A stretch of DNA of 64,000 nt from Elusimicrobiota bacterium (GTDB lineage Bacteria; Elusimicrobiota; Elusimicrobia; Elusimicrobiales; UBA9959), in NCBI GenBank assembly GCA_016207645.1, contig JACQPH010000045.1, forward strand, positions 6,610 through 70,609. The letters run 5' to 3'. Position numbers and translations under genes: made by a program. Every line of letters starts with the position of its first letter. The stretch's first letter is position 1. This document shows, piece by piece, positions 9,739 through 17,976 of this stretch. The notes beneath the pieces are model-generated. The model did no database searches and was not told the DNA's origin. It worked only from the letters and a program-made list of their open reading frames with translations.

Positions 9739-11123
9739 AGCGCCGCCTTTACGGGAAGGCCATAGGCTTTCGCCGCGGCGCCCACCCGCGTATTGTAGCT
9801 GCCGGTGAAACAGGAGACGCAGAAATTCCTGTCCTTTCCGCTCCCGCAGGCGCTGACCAGGCTTTCAAGGGTCAGATAATGCAGCTCGTCGGCCCCGATG
9901 AAGCGGCGTATCTTCTCGACGGTCAGGTTGCAGGCTATCAGTTCCTTTTTGCTCGGCGTATCTATGCCGTAAAAGCACGGGGAAATGATGGGCGGCGAAG
10001 CTATGGCCATGATTATCTTCTTCGCGCCGGCTTTCTTCAGGCTTTTGACTATCTTGCGCGAGGTAGTCCCCCTGACGAGCGAGTCGTCTATCAGTATGAT
10101 GGTCTTGCCCTGGATGGCGTCCCTGATAGGCGCAAGCTTGAGGTGGGCGGTGAATTCCCGCAGGCGCTGGTCCGGCTGGATGAAAGAGCGGCCGGTGTAG
10201 TGATTGCGCATGAAGACCGTCTGGAAGGGCAGCCCAGACTCGTCGGAGAAACCCAGGGCGTAGACGGTGCCGGAATCCGGCACGCCGGAGACGATGTCGG
10301 CCTTCACGCCCTTCATTTCCCGCGCCAGAAGGGCTCCTATCTCGTAGCGCGAGGTCTGCACGGTCCGGCCGGCCACCATGGAATCCGGCCTGGCGAAATA
10401 GACCTGCTCGAAGATGCAGCGGGTGAATTTCTTCGCCGGGGCGAAACGCCGGAAGCGGGCTTTCCCGCCTTCGATCGTCACCATCTCGCCGGGCTCTATT
10501 TCCCTGACCGTCTTTCCCCCGGCCACTTCTATGGCGCAGGTCTCCGAGGCCAGCATATAGGACTTGCCGAGCTTTCCCAGCACCAGCGGCCGGAAACCGT
10601 GCGGGTCGCGCGCGCCGATCAATTTTCCCGGCGCCAGGAAAGCGAAAGCGTAGGAGCCCTCCAGCTTAGGGAGGTTCCTGGCCAGGGTGTCCTCCACGCT
10701 GCGGCCGCGGTGCTTCGCCATCAGGTGCAGGATGACTTCGGTATCGCTGGTGGACTGGAAGATAGCCCCGCCCTTCTGGAGCCGGGTCTTGAGGTCGTCG
10801 GAATTCGTCAGGTTGCCGTTATGCGCCACCGCCACCTGCCCCAGGTAGGAGTCCAGGACCAGCGGCTGGGCGTTCTTGAGATGGCTGGAACCAGTGGTGG
10901 AATAGCGGATATGGCCTATAGCGCTGCGTCCTTTGAGCGTCTCAAGAGCGTCCTTCGTGAAGACCTCGCTCACCAGCCCCATCCCTATGCTGTGGCGCAG
11001 GACCCCGTTATCGTCGGTGACTATCCCGGCCGATTCCTGGCCGCGGTGCTGCAGCGTGAAAAGACCGACATAGGCGATCCTCGACGCGTCATTATTGTCG
11101 GCTATGCCGAATATTCCGCACAT
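9735..11123 (-). CDS. purF: Amidophosphoribosyltransferase
   Basis: Ntn nucleophile MCGIFG, PRTase motif IILIDDSLVRGTT. 4-nt overlap with purD. Confidence 0.92.
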   Translation of the reverse strand: MCGIFGIADNNDASRIAYVGLFTLQHRGQESAGIVTDDNGVLRHSIGMGLVSEVFTKDALETLKGRSAIGHIRYSTTGSSHLKNAQPLVLDSYLGQVAVAHNGNLTNSDDLKTRLQKGGAIFQSTSDTEVILHLMAKHRGRSVEDTLARNLPKLEGSYAFAFLAPGKLIGARDPHGFRPLVLGKLGKSYMLASETCAIEVAGGKTVREIEPGEMVTIEGGKARFRRFAPAKKFTRCIFEQVYFARPDSMVAGRTVQTSRYEIGALLAREMKGVKADIVSGVPDSGTVYALGFSDESGLPFQTVFMRNHYTGRSFIQPDQRLREFTAHLKLAPIRDAIQGKTIILIDDSLVRGTTSRKIVKSLKKAGAKKIIMAIASPPIISPCFYGIDTPSKKELIACNLTVEKIRRFIGADELHYLTLESLVSACGSGKDRNFCVSCFTGSYNTRVGAAAKAYGLPVKAAL

Positions 11124-11135
11124 AATAGATTCCCT

Positions 11136-11876
11136 TTACCCGAGATAATCCACCGCGTTCCTGAAGAACTGGTAGCCGGCCGCGACGGCTTCCCTCGCTG
11201 CCGCTGGCCGGTCCGGATTCTGCCAGGCGAAGAAGTTGCGCTCCGGGTGGGGCATCAGGCCGAAGCAGGTTCCGGCCGCGTTCGTTATGCCGGCTATGTC
11301 CAGCATCGAGCCGTTCGGGTTGTCCGAATAGGTCATCGCGTGGAGCTCGCGCCCGACCAGGTCCGCCATTGTCTTTTTATCCTCCACTATGAATTTCCCC
11401 TCGCCGTGCGCGATCGGGAGCTCTATCGCTTCCGGCAGGCCTTTGGTGAACAGGCAGGGGCTTTTTTTATTTATCTTCAGCTTCACCCACTTGGCCAGGA
11501 AATGCCCGCAGTCATTGGTATAGAGCGTGGAAACCTGGGCGTTCCCTTTGTTCTCGGGCAGGAAGCCCGTTTTGACGAGTATCTGGAAACCGTTGCAGAT
11601 GCCTATCACCGGCCTTTTGCTCTTTATAAAAGCCTCGAAATCCGCAGAGAGGCGGCTCATCTTCACCGCGTAGATCTTGCCGGCCGAGATATCGTCGCCG
11701 TAAGAGAAGCCCCCGGGGAAAGCCATCAGGGAATAATCCAGCACCTTCTTTTCTCCTGACAGCAGTTGGTTGATATGCACCAGCTCCGGCTCGGCCCCGA
11801 CGTATTTAAAGGAATTGAACGTTTCGATATCGCAGTTGGTGGCGGTACCGCGCAGAATGATCGCTCTGGGCTTCAT
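11136..11876 (-). CDS. purQ: FGAM synthase glutaminase subunit
   Basis: Class I GATase: GICNGFQ catalytic Cys, MPHPER. 4-nt overlap with purL. Confidence 0.9.
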   Translation of the reverse strand: MKPRAIILRGTATNCDIETFNSFKYVGAEPELVHINQLLSGEKKVLDYSLMAFPGGFSYGDDISAGKIYAVKMSRLSADFEAFIKSKRPVIGICNGFQILVKTGFLPENKGNAQVSTLYTNDCGHFLAKWVKLKINKKSPCLFTKGLPEAIELPIAHGEGKFIVEDKKTMADLVGRELHAMTYSDNPNGSMLDIAGITNAAGTCFGLMPHPERNFFAWQNPDRPAAAREAVAAGYQFFRNAVDYLG

Positions 11877-14269
11877 ATGAGCTCCCGTTTCCAGCGGGCT
11901 TTCAGGCCGCCGATGTCTTCCTTAAAAAGCCGCTCCCCGCCGTCGGCCGCCTCAAGCACCGGTTCCTCGCTGACGAAGCCTATTTCGGGGACGGGCAGAC
12001 CTTCCACGAACTTCAGGAACTCCGCCTCCCTGTCCTTCACTACTTCGAGCACCAGGCGGGAAGGGCTTTCCCCGAACAGCAGTTCCAGCGCGGACAGGTC
12101 CTTCTCCTTCGCCGCTGAGGAAAGGTCTATTTCAGCCCCGAAGCCCCCGGAGAAAGCCATTTCGGAGAGGGTCACCGCCAGGCCGCCCTGCGACACGTCG
12201 TGAGCGGCGGCCACGCAACCGCTCTTGATGGCCTTCAGCAGCGCAGTGTACAGCCGCACCGCCGCCTTCATGTCCAGCGGGGCTATATAGTTATTGCCCG
12301 CCACCATCATGTCCGCGTAAACGGAGCCGCCCAGGCCGCGGCAGCTGGTCCCGGCCAGGTAAAGCGGGTTCCCGGCCTCCTTGAAATTCATCGTGATAGC
12401 CTTGCGGATATCCTCCACCGGGGCCGTGGCCGAGATCAGCAGGGACAGCGGTATCGGATATTCCTTCCCGTCGGCGTCCTTGGCCTGGTTGTAGAAGCTG
12501 TCCTTGCCCGAGATGAAAGGCGCGCCGTAAGCCATCGCCGCGTCGTGGCAGCCCTCGGCCGCCAGCACCAGGTCGCCCATCACTTCGGGGTCGCGCGGGC
12601 TGGCCGCGCAGAAATTGTCCAGGATGGCCGTGCGCGAGATCTCCGCGCCCACGCAGAGCAGATTCCTCACCGCCTCGTCCACCGCCTGCAGCGCCATCTG
12701 GTAAGGGTCTATTTTCCCGGCTGCGGGATTGAAGCCGTGCGTCACGGCGAAGCCGGAAAGATCGTGCAGGTCCAGCGTGGCGGCCTGCGGCCAAATGACA
12801 GTGGCGTCGCCGGGGCCGTCGCCGTATTTCCCCTGGAGCGGCTTTATCACCGTCCCGCCCTGCACCTCGTGGTCGTACTGGGTTATCACCGAATGCCTGG
12901 AGCAGACGTTAGGGTGGGCCAGCAGCTCTTTCAGGATCCCGCCGTAAGTTTTAGCCGGCCGGACCGGGGTCGCGCTGAAGATCCTCACTTTGCGGCGCGA
13001 GGCCGGCTTCTCGAAATTGGGCACGCCGCCGTGCAGGAAAGCCATGGGCAGGTCCGCCACCTTTTCCTCGCCGTGGGTGACCAGCAGCCTCCCGTTTCCG
13101 GGGAAGGCGCCCAGCACGCAGTATTCGCAGCTCTCCGCTTCAAGTATGGCCTCAAGCTTCTTCAGTTTAGCCTTCGGAACAGAAAGGATCATCCGCTCCT
13201 GCGATTCGGAAACCCAGATCTCCCACGGCTCGATGCGGGTATCCTTCAGCAGCGCGTCCTCGAGGCGCACCCGCGCGCCCGTTTCGGAACCGAGCTCTCC
13301 GATGGCGGAGGAGAAGCCGCCGGCCCCGCAGTCGGTGACGGCGTTATACAGGCCCAGGTCGCGGGCGCGCATCAGCACGTCGAGGGTCTTCTTCTCGTTC
13401 ACGGCATGCCCTATCTGCACGGCGGAGGCGGAAGTGTCCTCCTCGATATTGGCGGAAGAGAAAGTGGCGCCGTGGATGCCGTCCCGGCCGGTGCGCCCGC
13501 CGATGGAGACTATCAGGTCCCCGGGGACCACCTTTTTTTCTATCTTGTCCACGGGGATCAGGCCGGCGCAGCCGACATAGACCAGCGGATTGAGCAGATA
13601 GCCGTCGTCGAAATAGATGCCGCCGGAGGCGGTGGGGATGCCGATGCGGTTGCCGTAATCCCGCACCCCCTCCACCACGCCGCGCATGATGCGCTCGGGG
13701 GAATGGGAATTTCTGGGGAGCTTCTTTCTGGAGTCGAGGTAGCCGAAGCAGAAATTATCCGTGTTCAGTACCGGTTTCGCGCCCAGGCCCACGCCGAGGA
13801 TGTCCCGGATGACCCCGCCTACGCCGGTCTCCGCGCCGCCGTAGGGCTCCACCGCGCAGGGATGGTTGTGGGTCTCGGCCTTGAAGGCAAGGCCCCATTT
13901 CCCGCCCTTGCCGAACTCCACTATGCCGGCATTGTCGGTGAACACGGAAAGGCACCATTTCCTGTTCAGCGTCCTGGTAGCCTTGACTATGGTTTCCTTG
14001 AAAAGGTTCTTGTACTTTTTAACTTTGCCGCCGGACTTGAAGGCCACGGGACCGGAAAAGGTCTTATGCTTGCAGTGCTCGGACCAGGTCTGGGCTATGG
14101 TTTCCAGCTCGCCGCGCGAGGGCTGCCGGCCCATCTTTTTGAACTGGCGCCGCACTTCGGCGAGCTCCAGCGCGTTCAGCGACCAGCCGCAGGTCCTGTC
14201 CAGCTCCGCGAGCTGCCTGTCGCTCAAAGAGGTGAAGCCGGAAAGGGGGTCGGACATGGTTTTCAGCAT
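11873..14269 (-). CDS. purL: FGAM synthase II (large ATPase subunit)
   Basis: WSEHCKHKTF, KAETHNHPCAVEPYGGA, duplicated PurM-like domains, 798 aa. Confidence 0.92.
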   Translation of the reverse strand: MLKTMSDPLSGFTSLSDRQLAELDRTCGWSLNALELAEVRRQFKKMGRQPSRGELETIAQTWSEHCKHKTFSGPVAFKSGGKVKKYKNLFKETIVKATRTLNRKWCLSVFTDNAGIVEFGKGGKWGLAFKAETHNHPCAVEPYGGAETGVGGVIRDILGVGLGAKPVLNTDNFCFGYLDSRKKLPRNSHSPERIMRGVVEGVRDYGNRIGIPTASGGIYFDDGYLLNPLVYVGCAGLIPVDKIEKKVVPGDLIVSIGGRTGRDGIHGATFSSANIEEDTSASAVQIGHAVNEKKTLDVLMRARDLGLYNAVTDCGAGGFSSAIGELGSETGARVRLEDALLKDTRIEPWEIWVSESQERMILSVPKAKLKKLEAILEAESCEYCVLGAFPGNGRLLVTHGEEKVADLPMAFLHGGVPNFEKPASRRKVRIFSATPVRPAKTYGGILKELLAHPNVCSRHSVITQYDHEVQGGTVIKPLQGKYGDGPGDATVIWPQAATLDLHDLSGFAVTHGFNPAAGKIDPYQMALQAVDEAVRNLLCVGAEISRTAILDNFCAASPRDPEVMGDLVLAAEGCHDAAMAYGAPFISGKDSFYNQAKDADGKEYPIPLSLLISATAPVEDIRKAITMNFKEAGNPLYLAGTSCRGLGGSVYADMMVAGNNYIAPLDMKAAVRLYTALLKAIKSGCVAAAHDVSQGGLAVTLSEMAFSGGFGAEIDLSSAAKEKDLSALELLFGESPSRLVLEVVKDREAEFLKFVEGLPVPEIGFVSEEPVLEAADGGERLFKEDIGGLKARWKRELI

Positions 14270-14712
14270 TTTTCTATCCTGAATTTATTCACCACTTCGT
14301 TGACGAGGGTTTTGGAGACGGCCTGCCTGAGTTTCAGCTCCGAGGCGCACTGCACATAATAGGCGTGCCCGAACCTGACCGCCTCCGGAAGTTCGCCGGC
14401 CACGTCGGCGACGGCTTCCTTGACGCTTTCTCCCACCACGTCGGTCACGGAGTCTTTCAGCCAGACCTCCACCCGGTAGGCGTTCTTAAGGCCGGCCTTG
14501 CCGGGCTTCAGGGAACAATGCTCGGTGATATTGTCGGTCAGCAGTTCCGAGGCTATCCTGGAGAAGGTCTCTTCGCTGAAACCGGCGTCCACCCGGTAAA
14601 GGCGCGAGAGCCGGGCGGCCTTGACGTCCAGCCCGGCGTGGGCCAGCCTGCCGAGAAAAGCGGCCTCCTCGTTCTTCGCGTACTTCTCCTTGGTCCAGAT
14701 CTCTATTATCAT
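14263..14712 (-). CDS. purS: PurS-like protein with two tandem PurS-type halves (149 aa)
   Basis: The C-terminal half (YRVEVWLKDSVTDVVGESVKEAV..VNKFRIE) resembles ~80-aa PurS. The N-terminal half is a divergent repeat of similar length. It overlaps the purL start by 7 nt. Confidence 0.65.
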   Translation of the reverse strand: MIIEIWTKEKYAKNEEAAFLGRLAHAGLDVKAARLSRLYRVDAGFSEETFSRIASELLTDNITEHCSLKPGKAGLKNAYRVEVWLKDSVTDVVGESVKEAVADVAGELPEAVRFGHAYYVQCASELKLRQAVSKTLVNEVVNKFRIEKC

Positions 14713-14745
14713 TATGCGCCCGTAAAGAAGAAACCGGGTGATACT

Positions 14746-15621
14746 TCACCCGGCGGTTATTTTGTTAAGGGCTTCCTCGTACTTTTTGATGGTGCCCCGC
14801 ACCACCTCCGCGGGCAGCGCGGGCGGGGCGGAGTTCTTGTCCCAGCCGCTCCCCTCCAGCCAGTTGCGCACGTACTGTTTGTCGTAGCTCTCGGGGCTGG
14901 TCCCGACCCTGTACTGCGCCTTGTCCCAGAACCGGGAGGAGTCGGGCGTAAGCGCCTCGTCTATCAGCAGAAGCTCGCCGTCCAGCAGGCCGAACTCGAA
15001 CTTGGTGTCGGCCAGCAGGATGCCGCGCTTCTCCAAATGCCCGGCGGCGAATTCATACAGGGCCAGGCTCTTCTCTTTTATCTTCCCGGCCAGCTCCTCG
15101 CCGAGGACTTCGGCCATCTGTTCGAAGGTCACGTTCTCGTCGTGGCCCTGGTCGGCCTTGCTGGTGGGCGTGAACACCGGCTCCGGCAGCTTCTGCGCCT
15201 CTTCAAGGCCCGGCGGCAGCTTGATGCCGCAGACGCTGCCCTGTTTCCGGTATTCCTTCCAGCCCGAGCCGGTGATATACCCGCGCACTATGCATTCGAA
15301 ATCCACGCGCTTCGTCCGAAGCACCAGCACCGACCGGCCTTCCAGCCAGGCCCAGTCGAGCGCCGAAGTATCGTAGCCGGCGAGCCTGGCCCTGATCTCA
15401 CCGATATCGGAGGCTACCATATGGTTCTTTATGATGTGACCGGTCCGGTCGAACCAGAAGGAACTTATTTTATTAAGGATGGCGCCCTTGCCGGTGATCG
15501 GCGTAGGCAGTATGAAATCGAAAGCCGAGATTCTGTCGGAGGAAACAATCAGCAGGTACTTCTCGCCCGCCGCGTAAAGGTCGCGTACTTTTCCCTTATG
15601 TATCAGCTTCAGTTCAGCCAT
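14746..15621 (-). CDS. purC: SAICAR synthetase
   Basis: ORF 14746..15666 trimmed to MAELKLIHKGKVRDLY (AAGGAG 6 nt upstream of ATG 15621). SDRISAFD motif. Confidence 0.9.
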   Translation of the reverse strand: MAELKLIHKGKVRDLYAAGEKYLLIVSSDRISAFDFILPTPITGKGAILNKISSFWFDRTGHIIKNHMVASDIGEIRARLAGYDTSALDWAWLEGRSVLVLRTKRVDFECIVRGYITGSGWKEYRKQGSVCGIKLPPGLEEAQKLPEPVFTPTSKADQGHDENVTFEQMAEVLGEELAGKIKEKSLALYEFAAGHLEKRGILLADTKFEFGLLDGELLLIDEALTPDSSRFWDKAQYRVGTSPESYDKQYVRNWLEGSGWDKNSAPPALPAEVVRGTIKKYEEALNKITAG

Positions 15622-15665
15622 GCTCATCTCCTTGAAGGTAGACTGCCGGTCTTTACTGCGGATCA

Positions 15666-16178
15666 CTACATCTCCTGCAGGTACTTCTTGTAGCCTTTTT
15701 TCTCCAGCTTCGCCGTCTTGGCGAGGACTTCCTTCTTCATGGCGGCCCTGTAGGCCTTAAGCTTCGCCCGCAGCGAGGTTTCCTTCACGGCCAGGACCTG
15801 GACCGCCAGCAGGCCGGCGTTCTTCGCCGCGTTCACGCCTACGGTGGCCACCGGGATCCCTGCGGGCATCTGCACTATGGACAAAAGGGAATCGAGGCCG
15901 TTGAGCGAGGTGGCGTTCATCGGCACGCCTATCACGGGCAGCGTGGTGACGGCCGCGAGCACGCCCGGCAAATGGGCCGCCCCCCCGGCGCCGGCTATAA
16001 TGACCCCGAAACCGCGCTTTTCGGCGGCAGCCGAGTAAGCCAGGGCGGCCTCAGGGGTGCGGTGGGCGGAAAGGACCTTGATCTCGAAGGGGACGGAGAA
16101 ATGCTCCAGGACACCGGCGGCGGCGGACAGTACTCCCAGGTCCGAATCGCTTCCCATGACGATGGCTGCCTTAAGCAT
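15666..16178 (-). CDS. purE: N5-CAIR mutase / AIR carboxylase catalytic subunit (class I-like motifs)
   Basis: [23 protein letters not shown] 16178 is preferred over GTG 16184 (AGAGG 5 nt upstream). Confidence 0.9.
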   Translation of the reverse strand: MLKAAIVMGSDSDLGVLSAAAGVLEHFSVPFEIKVLSAHRTPEAALAYSAAAEKRGFGVIIAGAGGAAHLPGVLAAVTTLPVIGVPMNATSLNGLDSLLSIVQMPAGIPVATVGVNAAKNAGLLAVQVLAVKETSLRAKLKAYRAAMKKEVLAKTAKLEKKGYKKYLQEM

Positions 16179-16381
16179 GGTCACCTCTTTAAAGGAAAGA
16201 TTACCGCAGGGATATTCTATGATTTTCTAAAGACACGCACAAGCCAATGGATGTGCCGCTTCGGCACCCTCTTGTGCCGTATCAAGAGCTATGCTCCTCA
16301 GACGGCCAGATCGGGACGCTTATCTCCGTCGTAAAGGCTCAATACCGCGCAATGCTCCGGTTTTCCGCGGCCGGAGGGCCC

Positions 16382-16415
16382 TTGACATTTTCCGGTTATA
16401 CTGGTATAGTTATAC
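16382..16415 (+). promoter_or_regulatory. Sigma70-type promoter (TTGACA-17-TATAGT) overlapped by TATAC/GTATA half-site array (candidate Rrf2 operator)
   Basis: TTGACA 16382..16387, 17-nt spacer, TATAGT 16405..16410. TATAC-TG-GTATA-GT-TATAC spans 16397..16415, 27 nt upstream of the rrf2 ATG. Confidence 0.5.
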
Positions 16416-16441
16416 TAGATTACCACAAGGACCAAAGGCGC

Positions 16442-16861
16442 ATGCAAAGCATACTCAGGATCTCGGACGCGGCGGCCATAGCCATACACGCGGCCGACTA
16501 CCTGGCCGCGAAAAAGGACCCGCTCGTCCCGGCCATGGAGATAACCAGGGCGCTGGATATTTCCTACAACCACCTTTCCAAGGTGCTGCAGCAGCTCACC
16601 AGGGCGGGGCTGCTGACCGCCGCGCGCGGCCCTAAAGGCGGCTTCTCGCTTTCGCAGGCCGGCAAAAAAGCCAGGGTCCGCGATTTCATCGCCGCGATAG
16701 ACGGCCTTCCCCCCGCCGGGGACTGCCTGCTCAAGCACAAGGTCTGCCTGCACCGGAACTGCGTGCTGGGGAATTTCCTCAGCGAGACGAACGAGCGCTT
16801 TAAGGCGGTGCTGGACAGGAAGATCTCGGATTTCAGGGATTTACAGGGGCGGAGGCGGTGA
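16442..16861 (+). CDS. Rrf2-family transcriptional regulator (NsrR/IscR-like, three-Cys cluster motif)
   Basis: ORF 16247..16861 trimmed to MQSILRISDAAAIAIHAADYL. wHTH (ISYNHLSKVLQQLTRAGLL, RGPKGGF). Cys motif C-x6-C-x4-C (DCLLKHKVCLHRNC). Confidence 0.85.
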   Translation: MQSILRISDAAAIAIHAADYLAAKKDPLVPAMEITRALDISYNHLSKVLQQLTRAGLLTAARGPKGGFSLSQAGKKARVRDFIAAIDGLPPAGDCLLKHKVCLHRNCVLGNFLSETNERFKAVLDRKISDFRDLQGRRR

Positions 16862-16903
16862 AGCCTCTCCGTCCCGTTTTTTTGCGGAACAGGAGGAACT
16901 TAT

Positions 16904-17161
16904 ATGAACGACTCGACTGATCTTACCGGGAGAGGATTGAAGAAGAAGGTGGAGGACGCGCTGGCGCAGGTCAGGCCCTACCTCGAGGCGGACGGCGGCG
17001 GCGTGCAGCTCGTCGCCATAGACGAAACCTCGAAGACCGTGAAGGTGCGTCTGACCGGCGGCTGCGCCTGCTGCCCCTCGGCGGGTATCACGCTGAAGAA
17101 CGGCGTGGAAGCGGCGATCAGGAAGGCCGCTCCGGAGATAAAGAACGTCGAGGCGGTTTAA
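16904..17161 (+). CDS. NifU C-terminal-type (Nfu) Fe-S cluster carrier
   Basis: VRPYLEADGGGVQLV and GGCACCPS (CxxC). 85 aa. AGGAGG upstream. Confidence 0.85.
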   Translation: MNDSTDLTGRGLKKKVEDALAQVRPYLEADGGGVQLVAIDETSKTVKVRLTGGCACCPSAGITLKNGVEAAIRKAAPEIKNVEAV

Positions 17162-17176
17162 CCCAGGGGCGGCGTC

Positions 17177-17974
17177 ATGCACAAATACCTCGAACAGAAC
17201 ATCAAGGACATCATCGCCAGGTACCCCGGGGTGGGGAAGATCCTGAACGAATACAAGATAGGCTGCACCGCCTGCGCGGCGGGCACCTGCCGCCTGAAGG
17301 ATATCGTGGAGATCCATAACCTGCCCGGGCCCGAGGAGGAAAAGCTGATGGGGAGGATAGCCCTCGCCATTTCCCCCGACGGCGCCCTGATGGTCCCGAA
17401 AAGTCCGGGGAAAGCCGCTGCGCCGGCCGGCGGGTTAAAGTATTCCCCCCCGCTGAAAAGGCTGGTGGACGAGCATGTCCTGATAAAGCGGCTGCTGGCG
17501 CTGCTCCCGCGCTTCGTCGCCGGAACGGACCTGGGGTCCGAAGAGGGCGCCGGGCTGGCGCGCGGAGGGCTGAAGTTCATCCGCACTTACGCCGATAAGT
17601 ACCACCACGCGAAAGAGGAGGAGATCCTCTTCAAGTATTTCGACGGCGGCCTGGACGTTATCCAGGTCATGCTGCTGGACCATGTAACCGGGCGCGGCCA
17701 TGTAAAAGCCGCCGACGAGGCCTTGGCGGCTGGTGACGGGGCCGCGGCCGCGAAGCAGTTCCTGGCCTACCGCGAGCTGCTGGCCGAACATATCAAGAAG
17801 GAGGACGAGATCCTCTACCCGTGGATGGACAGGAACCTCACGATGAAACAGGTAGGCGAGCTGTCCGGCAGGTTCGACGAGGCGGATGAAAAATTCGCCC
17901 CGGAGCTTATCGCCGAATGCGAGGCGGTAGTGACCGGCCTGGAGAAACTGCTGGGCGCCGCGGAGTTAACCTGA
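17177..17974 (+). CDS. RIC/ScdA-like protein: DUF1858-type N-terminal domain fused to hemerythrin-like (HHE) domain
   Basis: N-terminus IKDIIARYPGVGKILNEYKIGCTACAAGTC. C-terminal part has His/Glu-rich helices (YHHAKEEEILFKYF, LLDHVTGRGH, LAEHIKKEDEILYPW). Confidence 0.7.
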   Translation: MHKYLEQNIKDIIARYPGVGKILNEYKIGCTACAAGTCRLKDIVEIHNLPGPEEEKLMGRIALAISPDGALMVPKSPGKAAAPAGGLKYSPPLKRLVDEHVLIKRLLALLPRFVAGTDLGSEEGAGLARGGLKFIRTYADKYHHAKEEEILFKYFDGGLDVIQVMLLDHVTGRGHVKAADEALAAGDGAAAAKQFLAYRELLAEHIKKEDEILYPWMDRNLTMKQVGELSGRFDEADEKFAPELIAECEAVVTGLEKLLGAAELT

Positions 17975-17976
17975 CC

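Noticed and set aside
9648-11759. Very long ORFs antisense to real genes, e.g. 9648..11759 (703 aa), 12200..14359 (719 aa), 44604..46583 (659 aa), 49302..51161 (619 aa), 51186..52643, 58852..60534, 7059..8477, 5541..6923, 14365..15693, 31116..32537, 19236..20681, 55536..56810, 53355..54758, 26331..27686, 27691..28722
   Set aside because: Their translations are low-complexity and rich in Arg/Gly/Ala/Pro/His, with no recognisable motifs. They lie exactly opposite genes with strong family signatures. Stop codons are rare in off-frames of ~70% GC DNA, so such shadow ORFs are expected. There is no evidence for overlapping genes.
16185-16330. Purine, ZTP or PRPP riboswitch in the purE 5' region
   Set aside because: I could not recognise the conserved cores of these riboswitch classes by eye. 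The best promoter candidate lies downstream of the only structured element. Left as a low-interest finding rather than an RNA feature.
16247-16441. 65-aa N-terminal extension of the first Rrf2 ORF
   Set aside because: It would cover the TTGACA-17-TATAGT promoter. Rrf2 proteins are ~140 aa and homology begins at MQSILRISD.
16862-16903. Possible SD-sequestering hairpin (CCTC..TCCG / CGGA..GGAGG) before the nfu gene
   Set aside because: The pairing is interrupted and short, and the stretch also contains a T-run. The evidence is too weak to distinguish it from chance.
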